A stretch of 64,000 bases of DNA, taken from assembly GCF_009914755.1 (NCBI RefSeq), contig NC_060935.1, one strand, 5' to 3'. The position numbers and the translations under genes are program-made. Positions within the stretch are counted from its first letter, which is position 1. The number at the start of each line of letters is the position of its first letter. Below are positions 55,356 through 64,000 of this stretch, in pieces. The notes beneath the pieces are model-generated. The model was given only the letters and a program-made list of their open reading frames with translations. It was not told where the DNA came from and did not search any database. The stretch is from the human T2T-CHM13v2.0 reference genome, Homo sapiens.

Positions 55356-55865
55356 GTATCCTTGAAGAAAGAAGAATTATAAAACCTAACAGTTAAGGGG
55401 CAGTTAATTGACATATTAATAACTCATTTAGTCTTCTCTTCACAGAAACTCTCTATAGGAGTTATTACCATTTATCACCATTTTACAGAGGAGAAAACTG
55501 AGGCACAAGAGGTCAAGTAACCTGCTTCAAAGTCATAACTAGTAAGTGACAGAGGCAGTTTCTTCACTCTCAGTCCTCTAAAAAGCAAAGCCCAAGGTTA
55601 AAGTGCTGACATTTAGTAGAAGCAAAATCAGGGCCTTGAGAGTGAGGCCCAGGGGGTGGTGAGAATGAGTTGAAAAGGGAAATGAGGCAAGAAAATATGC
55701 AATGTGATGCACAGCAGCTGGCCACCACCTCCCCATGATCCTCCCTGAGACACAGCAGCTTGCTGGGTAGGTAAGCAGCAGCGCTTGGAATTCGTCTACA
55801 TCATTTGCAAGGAGAAACCATCTCTAAGGGTAATGGAGAAGGGAAGGGGAGAGAAGGGAAGGAGT

Positions 55866-56257
55866 TGTTGACTTAAGTTTGCTTACAGCTGCCTCCATAC
55901 ATATTATAAGTTTGGCCTAAAAGTTTCTCCATACATAGTGAACCATAAACTAACTTTATATGTAAACAGACTGTAACCTACTCTTGTAACAAGTACCAGA
56001 GTCTCAGCCAACCGCAGGCAGCTGACTGTTCAAAGCAGGTTCAAATAAGGCAAAGGCCCAGCTGTAACCAATCCAGCTGTTTCTGTACCTCACTTCTGGT
56101 TTTGCTAGGTCACTTTCCTTTTTCTGTCCATAAATATTCGACCATGTGGAGTAGCTCTGAACCTATTCTGGTTCTGGGGGCTGGCCGATTCGCAAATCGT
56201 TCTTTGCCCAATTAAACTGTGTAAAGTTTAATTTGTCTAAAGTTTTTTCTTTTAACT
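55866..56257 (+). mobile_element. MER57B-like ERV1 solo LTR, apparently nested in an older antisense LTR (about 55560-56350)
   Basis: tgttgacttaagttt...ttcaaataaggcaaa...gctgtaaccaatccagctgtttctgtacctcacttc...ttttaac; 4-bp flanks gagt/gggt. Confidence 0.85.
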
Positions 56258-56359
56258 GGGTATTTATGTATTTGGCTCCTTCTTTTTCCCTTTCCCTTTT
56301 CTCACTGGTCCGAGGGATCCCCACTATGGGAAGCTAACTCCCCTGTACTTCCATCATCC

Positions 56360-56900
56360 AAGGCCCATCCCTAACATTTGTGGCACCTAGAGCAGGGATA
56401 CCAAGGAAGGCTGCTGCAGACTAAGCTGTGTTCCCCAGAAGTCATATGTTTATGCCTTAACCCCTAAAGTGATGGTATTTGGAAGCAGGGCTTTTGGGAG
56501 GTAATTAGGTCATGAGGATGCATCCCTCATGTTGGGATTAGCATCTTTATAAAAAGAGACTCCCCTCCTGCCCCCTGCCATGTGAGGACACTGCAAAAAT
56601 GTGGCCACAGCAAGGACAGCTCTCACCAAAAACCAAATTAGTCAGCACCTTGATCTTGAACTTCACAGCCTCCAGAACCATGAGGAATAAATTTCTATTG
56701 TTTATAAATTACTCCGTCTGTGATATTTTGTTGTGGCAGCCAAAACTTACTAAAACATAGCCCAAGCTAACTACAGACTCAAACACCATACATCTAAATA
56801 TTTAAATGTCACGCATCAAGAAAGCAAACTTGAAGAATAGAATGTTTTCACTCTTTCATATTATCAAATGCATCTTTATAATGACCTAAAAGTCCATATT
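56360..56900. mobile_element. MER96B-like hAT element split by MLT1A0
   Basis: accatacatctaaatatttaaa...atcaag and ataatgacct resemble MER96B. Confidence 0.55.
56413..56757 (+). mobile_element. MLT1A0 solo LTR
   Basis: gtgatggtatttgga...gggaggtaattaggtcatgagg...cagcctccagaaccatgag...actaaaaca. Confidence 0.9.
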
Positions 56901-57289
56901 ACCTGGTGGTAACCTGGAGATGGGCACCCTGGGGTGTCCATGAGGGGCACTTCTCAAGACTTTGAACTTAGCCATCCCTCCTGCCTGCTGGATTGTGTCT
57001 TCACTCCTCAGAGCAGGGCCTTGTCTTTTTCTTAGGAGGATAATCATAAAAGTAATAAATAAATGCTCCATGTCTATCACATTAAAGAAAGAAAGGTGAA
57101 CAAATACCAAAGAAAGCATTTTCATATAAGACATACTCAGAAATATTATCAGCTTAAGCTGAAGAATAAGAAAACAGGCTCAGAGAAGGAAATGATAAGG
57201 TGGAGGTGACAGAGCTCAGGGTTTGACTCCAGAATCCAAGTGTATTTTAATTATGGCACATTGAGGCTATCCATAGTAGCACTAAATTA

Positions 57290-57950
57290 TGTCCATTCAA
57301 TTGGACAGGCATTTATTAAGAGTGTTTCTGTGCCAGGCATCGATTAGCTGCCAGGATACAGATGTGGACAAGATCCATCTCTGCTGGAGTTGCTCACAGG
57401 CCACAGGGGAGATGGGCAGGTGAAAGTAGCAGTTGAGCAGTGCCAGCAATAAAGGCGCAGGGCATGTAGTGAGGACCCAGAGGATGGTCACCAGGAGATG
57501 ATGACACTTGACTTTCAAGGCTGAGTGGGAAGCAACAAAGAACAGAAGAAAGAAGGCCCTAACAAGCAGGAGAAACAGAGTGTGAGCAGGTCAGGAGATG
57601 TGAGAGGCAGCATGATCCTGGAGCTGCTTGAATTCCCCTGAACTTGGAGCATGGGTGAAGGTTTAAGGGTGTGATTATTGGGCCTATGAAAGCCTGCTTA
57701 GATATGAGGGGAGCCCCTGTCGGATTTTGAGCCAGGAAATGACCAGATCAGAGCTGTGCTGTAAATCTGTATCATGCACCTTTCACTTTGTACTAAAATG
57801 ACCTCTTCCCTTGTTTCTGTTCCCAGACCCTGTCTTGGAGCTCCTTAGGGAAACGTATTCACGTTATTGCCCCAGTGCCTTGCGTAGTGCCTGGTATTCA
57901 TTTGCTAAATGAGTGAGTGAATAAATTAATGAATGAGTGAACAAACTCTG
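57290..57950. mobile_element. L2 fragments, antisense then a sense tail
   Basis: cattcaattggacaggcatttattaagag...tgtgccaggca; ttgctaaatgagtgagtgaataaattaatgaatgag. Confidence 0.65.
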
Positions 57951-58463
57951 CTACCTAGTTGTATTCTGCTATTTTGGCTTCCTTCTTTTTTCCTGCGCTG
58001 TTCCTGATTTTAGTTGAGGATTAAACATGGGCTCTGCAAACAGGCCCTAAGGCTGTGAGTCTGTGTGTGTATGTTTTACATCAGCCAAACCAAATAAACA
58101 AACACATGGCAGAACCCCAGGCATGTGGCTCCCTCACTTGGCACAGCCAGCTGGCACGTGGCTGCCCCTCCCCAGCTTCCCAGCACCTCCCCCTGGAGTC
58201 AGGATGCTGCCTAGAGGCTTGGCTGTGGATTTGACAACCCCTCCTTACTTCCTCTGCAGCAGCAGCAGGACTTCAGGCACATGCTGATAGCCTCCATTTT
58301 AATTAGTGAGAATTTGAAATCACTTCTGTCTTCAAACTCTTCTGAGAAACAGGGCAATGACCACAGTACCAGGGAGAAGACAGGAAGATGACCCTACTCT
58401 CACCCTCCAACTGTGTTTCCTGCTCCACTATACTCATTCCAACTGGACTAACTGTCCATTCTT

Positions 58464-58564
58464 ACTGACTGATCCAAGTAACCCCTAGAGTTTTCTTCTG
58501 GGGGTGCACTCTGGGAAACTCTAGGGGTTAGCTAGATCTCTAGGGGTTACCTGAATCAGTCAGT
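58464..58564. repeat. Inverted repeat with 27-bp arms and an internal 12-bp duplication
   Basis: actgactgatccaagtaacccctagag vs ctctaggggttacctgaatcagtcagt (25/27 complementary). Confidence 0.95.
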
Positions 58565-58999
58565 GCTCAGCTCTTTAAGCGTCCCAAATCAAAATCAGCG
58601 CTCTCAGTACTCATCTCTACCTCACCTGCTGAGGTCTTCCTGAAATTCCCCAAATCAATCAGTGACAGCCCCATTTCCAAGGGCACCAATCACAAAGGGA
58701 GCCTAATTCTAGACTCCTTCTCTTTCTTCACCCCAGCGATATTCACAAGGCATTGACTAGTTCACTACCAAACTGCTTTAGCAATCTGCATCTACCCTTC
58801 CATCCTATCTGCTACTGTCCTATTTCATCTCATCTATCTAGACTTTTGCAAAACTGCTTCCTACTGGTCTCCTTGACTCCAGTATCTTCTTTCTCTAATG
58901 TCTTGTTCCTTCCAGCCACCATATTGATCTTTCTATACTATTGATTTCATCCGTCCACTCTCTTGGCAAAAAACAAAGAAAAAAACCATAAATGGTTAC

Positions 59000-59470
59000 T
59001 ATAGCAGGCATTGTGTGTTGTTCTTCAATCACCATTCTTCAGTGGTAATATAACTCCCACATTTTCGGTGGCTATTAACAACAAAAACTGTGTCTTCCAA
59101 CCTCCTCTGAGCAAGGTGTGACCATGTGACTTAATCCTGTTACAATCAATGGGATTTACATAGAAATGGAGTGTGCAACTTTAACCAGTGTCCTTAAAGA
59201 GTCATAATGTGCTCTTTACCTTCTTTCTTCCTTTCTGCAGGATGGAATACAGATGTGATGGCTGGAGCTGGAGTAATCATCTTGGGCCATAAATGACCTT
59301 AGCAGTGGAGGTCATGCACAGCAAGGTAGAAACAAACCATGGAACACCATGCAAACCGTGGCTGTTTCTTTCAAACTTTCAATGAGAAAGAAAGAAACTT
59401 TGATTCTTATTAAGCCACTGCTATTTCAGGATTTTCTAACTCTCCAGCTGATCCTAATTTTAATTAATTA
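59000..59470 (+). mobile_element. MLT1J-like LTR
   Basis: ggtgtgaccatgtgact; ggaatacagatgtgatggctggagctggag; tattaagccactgctattt. Confidence 0.75.
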
Positions 59471-61734
59471 TCACCTACAGCAGGGGCTAGAACACAAATG
59501 CCACCAGGAGCCAGATAGGCAACATAATTTAGTGATGCCTACAGAGAGCCAGAGTCTAGGAATGCATTTATTTATTCATTCATTTTTACTTATTTAGTCA
59601 TTCATTTTTTCATTTAACAAGTATTTACAAAGCTGCATTATGTACCAGGCACTCTTAGGCATCAAGAAGGAAAAGATAAATGGGCTCAGTCCTTTCTTAG
59701 AGAAGATCTGGGTCTGGTTGGGGAAGACAACATTTTAAATAGATAAATATAGTAAAGTGCTATGAGACTGTAGTAGCTGATCTTACAAATAGCAACAGAA
59801 GCAAAAAAGAGAGTGAAGCCCCTTCTAAAATCTGAAAACAAAAATTTCATGAAAGAGGTAACCTGCTTCTCAGAAAATAGGTAAAGACGGAAATTCCGGA
59901 TAAGCAAAGGTTAGGAGGATTTGATTCCCTGCTATTGCTATTGCAATTCCTTTCCCCTTCAGATAATTGCAAATAATTATTTAGAATAAAGCCCGAGTGG
60001 GCTTCTCCTCCATTCTCCCTCCCACCCAATACCTCCTGCCCTCCAGAAGACAATAGGGGGCTGGCATTATTGCAGCCTAAGGAGCAATAGGATTTGGTTG
60101 CCGTTAGTTCTCCAGCCTTTATTCTCACTGAGTTCTTTACTGGATCCGATAATACTGGGAAATCATAGCTGCTTCTGGACAGCACCACACCTAGCAGACC
60201 TGATGTTTGGGGACTGCAGGCATGTCTAAGAGTCTGACACATAGTAGGTGCTTAGTTGAATTTTGATGAAAAGAAGTCTTCCTGAGGGTTTTTGTCTCTC
60301 TGCTCCAATACCTCAAGTAAAAAGTCCTAGAATTTTTTCTAGGTATTCAGAATATTTAACAATCCAGTATTGCACAGGACTGACTAATGAGGTCAGAAAC
60401 GGGGTAAACCATTTAGTATGTGGACCCACCATACATGAGTCCTGCCTGGAGGAGGGTCTTGGAAATGACCGCATAAAAATGACTTACTTACCTGCGTTTT
60501 TTTATTACCATTAAAAGGGAAAGGTTCAAAGCAGGAATTACAAAACCACAAGGCACAGGTGGTGCCCTCTCACTATCTTTCACTTTGCACTCTTTGCTAC
60601 TTAATCTTGGAATGCATCCCTACTCAAATTTTACTGGAGTCCAAGGGTGTCAGAGTTCCCAGGGGCCAGGCATGGGGTGAATTTGAGCCTGCAGCAGATC
60701 AAGTCACCATGGGCCTCCCTGGATTCCCAACAGGGCTCAGAGCCCAACTCCTGGCACAGTGGCCCTTTACATTCTTCAAAAGGAGCAGCAAATCCCTGCT
60801 GCAGACTCAGCATGAGTCTCTGTCCTCATTCCCTTTCCATCTTTTACAATGTCTTACACTCCTAACTGCCCTAAACATGTGTTCCACTAGGAACACTTAC
60901 CTGGTGTATTTTCTCCTCTGAAGCACTTTCCTCAGGGGAAAACTCTCTTCAAATAATGTCTTAAGAGAATAGAAAACAACAAGACTGAGCGGCATTTGTC
61001 AGCCGATAAGGGCCTTAGAAATAACTCCTCCAGCTGTTCATTTCTAAAAGTGGAAAGCTGAGACCCAGAAAACTGGAGTGGTTTGCCTAAAAACACACAG
61101 AACACTTTCACAAAATTCTTCAGCAGTTTGAAGTGTGTGTACTTTCCAATCCTTTTCTCTGCCTATACCTTGTAAACATATTTTGAACAGATGGAACCGT
61201 TATCCACCACAGTTAACCCCAGGCACACACGTAGTCATCATGGTACAGGGACTATTTAGGGGCCAGGCCTTCTGGGAGCCTCTTTGGACCAAGTGTGTCA
61301 GGAGGCCTGAGTAGCTCTAGAAAGCCATGTGGAAGGGGATGCTGGAGAGTGGTCCTAAAAGCTGCAGAGAGCCCGGGTGATAGAAGGGGGCTGGGCTTTT
61401 CCTCCCCGGTTTGAAGCTTTGAACCTCTTGGGCCCAGTAGGTGGTCAGCAGGGTTGGGAGCATTAGCATTTGTTTTTTCACTTTGATCCTTTGTCTTTTA
61501 AGTGTTGTGGAAGATCTGGCTGGCAGGAGCCTGACTCCTCCAAGAAGAAGGAGGGGGACACCTTGATTGATCTGAAGAAGAAAATGAGCATGAAAATGTG
61601 TCTTCAATAATAGGAAGCCCAGTCTCTTCTTAAAGCCCATTAATTGACTCATTCTTGACCCCACGCAAGTCATGTCCTTGCTCCTCCTGCCTCTAAATTT
61701 TCTTCGTCTACAAAGTGGGAGGGTTGGTCCAGTC

Positions 61735-61938
61735 CAGTGATTTTTCAAACTTCGCCTTTTAGCATCAGAACCTCATCTTTTTTCTTAATTCATACGCAGA
61801 TGCCCAGTACTCAAAGCAAAGCACAGCTGCTCTGACTGAAGCTGGAGACAGGGATCTCAGCCTATTTGGCCCCCATCCTGAGGGCAGCTGAACCCCCAGA
61901 CTCCAAGGAAGCCCTGGCAACACAGTTTAAAAACCTGT
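61735..61938. mobile_element. hAT-Charlie MITE
   Basis: Termini cagtgatttttcaaact / acagtttaaaaacctg; internal cagctgctctgactgaagc. Confidence 0.6.
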
Positions 61939-62108
61939 GGACTAGATGATATTTAAGGGCCCATTTTGTTCGAGTTTGTAATTCTAGATTTGTCACACAG
62001 AAAATTGATCCATGTGTAGCTGTTTATTCCATGTATCTGTAGGAAGAGAGAAAATACGGAGCCTCCTATTCCACCATCTGGCTGATATTGTCTCCCTTTA
62101 TAATTCTA

Positions 62109-62261
<153 letters not shown>

Positions 62262-62376
62262 CTAGGAATTAGGGAGGGCAGGGACTCTAGTTCAGCTATA
62301 TAAATGAACTGATTAAAAGTCAGAAATGGAAAATGATTTACCCAAGATGTAGGGCAGACTCTGTTTAAATATTTTA

Positions 62377-62769
<393 letters not shown>

Positions 62770-62982
62770 CTATTATTTCTCCATGCCCATGTAAATGCTC
62801 TTTCTTCTACCTGCCATTTAGTAATTTATATTCTCATCAGACTATTGAAAATGGACATTTATTTTTAAACTTGGCTCAAGGGCACCTCTTCTGTGAAGAC
62901 TGTCCACAATTCTACACCCTTTTTTTTTCTGCCTGCATAATGCTGTAGAGATGCTTGCATCATCATCCATCACCCAGAGGGC

Positions 62983-63210
62983 CATAGTCAATTTTGGCTG
63001 CTACAATAAAATACCTTAAGCTGGGTAATTTATAAACAACAGAATTTTTTGCTCACAGTTCTGGATGCTGGGAAATCCAAGATCAAGGTGCCAGCCAATT
63101 CGGAGTCTGGTAAAGGCCTGTTCCTCATACCTAGTGCCTGCTATGTGCCTCACATGGTGGAAGGGGCAAACAAGGGACCCTGGGCCTCTTTTATAAGGGC
63201 ACTAATCCCA
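62983..63210 (-). mobile_element. MLT1A0/MSTD-like LTR fragment
   Basis: gctcacagttctggatgctgggaaatccaagatcaaggtgcc...ttttataagggcactaatccca. Confidence 0.85.
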
Positions 63211-63514
63211 TGATGTGGTTCAGATATCAAATCTCAGATTGAAATATGGTCCCCAGTGTTGGAGGTGGAGTCTGGTGGGAGGTGTTTGGGTCATGGAGGC
63301 AAATCCCTCATGAAATGCGCCCTGCCTGTAGTAATGAGTTCTCACTTTAATAGTTCACGTGAGAGCAGGTTGGACACACTTGCTCCCCCTTGACCTTCCA
63401 CCATGACTAAAAGCTTCCTGAGGTCTCACCAGAAGCAGATGCTAGTGCCGTGCTTTTACAGCGTGTAGAATTGCAAGCCAAATAAGCCCCATTTCTTTAG
63501 AAATTATTCAGTCT
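63211..63514 (+). mobile_element. MSTB-like LTR, 3' end missing
   Basis: tgatgtggtt...ccccagtgttggaggtgg...aagcttcctgaggtctcaccagaagcagatgc. Confidence 0.85.
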
Positions 63515-63716
63515 AATAGCCAATTTCTATTATATATATTATAGGAATTGGGTTAGATAGATAGGAAAAGTTTTCCCTTTCCTCCCCATTCAAGGTGAAC
63601 TTGATAGAACTAGAAGATCTAAGAAGGAAAATTTTTTTTTAAATGGAGGGGCTTTTTTTTTTTTTTTTTTGCACCATCTTTTGTATTCCAGATGGCTTGG
63701 GAGTGATGCACACTCC

Positions 63717-64000
63717 TTTTTTTTTTTTTTAGACGGAGTCTCACTCTGTTGCCTAGGCTGGAGTGCAGTGGTGCAATCTCGGCTCACTGCAACCTCGCCT
63801 CCTGGGTTCAAACGATTCTCCTGCCTCAGCCTCCCGAGTAGCTGGGACTACAGGCGCTCGCCACCACCCCCAGCTAATTTTTTGTATTTTTAGTAGAGAC
63901 GGGGTTTCACCCTGTTAGCCAGGATGGTCTCCATTTCCTGATCTTGTGATCCGCCCGCCTCAGCCTCCCAAAGTGCTGGGATTACAGGTGTAAGCCACCA
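63717..64000 (-). mobile_element. AluSc-like, runs off the window
   Basis: Poly-T then antisense Alu with ttagccaggatggtctc. Confidence 0.95.

Overview
Hominid (very probably human) genomic DNA: it holds Alu J/S elements and an SVA. No protein-coding exon, tRNA, rRNA or CRISPR array can be supported, and the supplied ORFs are chance or repeat-derived. The window opens on the edge of a CpG island (about 1-430, with GC/CpG patches to about 2 kb). It continues as MIR/L2/LTR-rich non-coding sequence, with an 8-kb block of two ancient tandem L1s, a 5'-truncated SVA inside an MST LTR, and an ERVL remnant with a dUTPase trace. Several repeat-free blocks rich in homeodomain, SOX and TCF motifs resemble the enhancer landscape of a developmental locus. 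The best leads are: a 30-nt minus-strand microexon candidate near UG- and CU-rich tracts (2330-2359); a 140-bp non-tandem duplicated module (16670 and 19994) next to a CpG-retaining SOX/TCF/AP-1 enhancer candidate (20.4-21.1 kb); a triple TCF/LEF cluster (47.6 kb); and a 100-bp inverted repeat with two alternative pairings (58.5 kb). I cannot name the locus and see no demonstrable new biological system. Repeat subfamily names come from my recall of consensus sequences, not from a search, and boundaries of old repeats are approximate.
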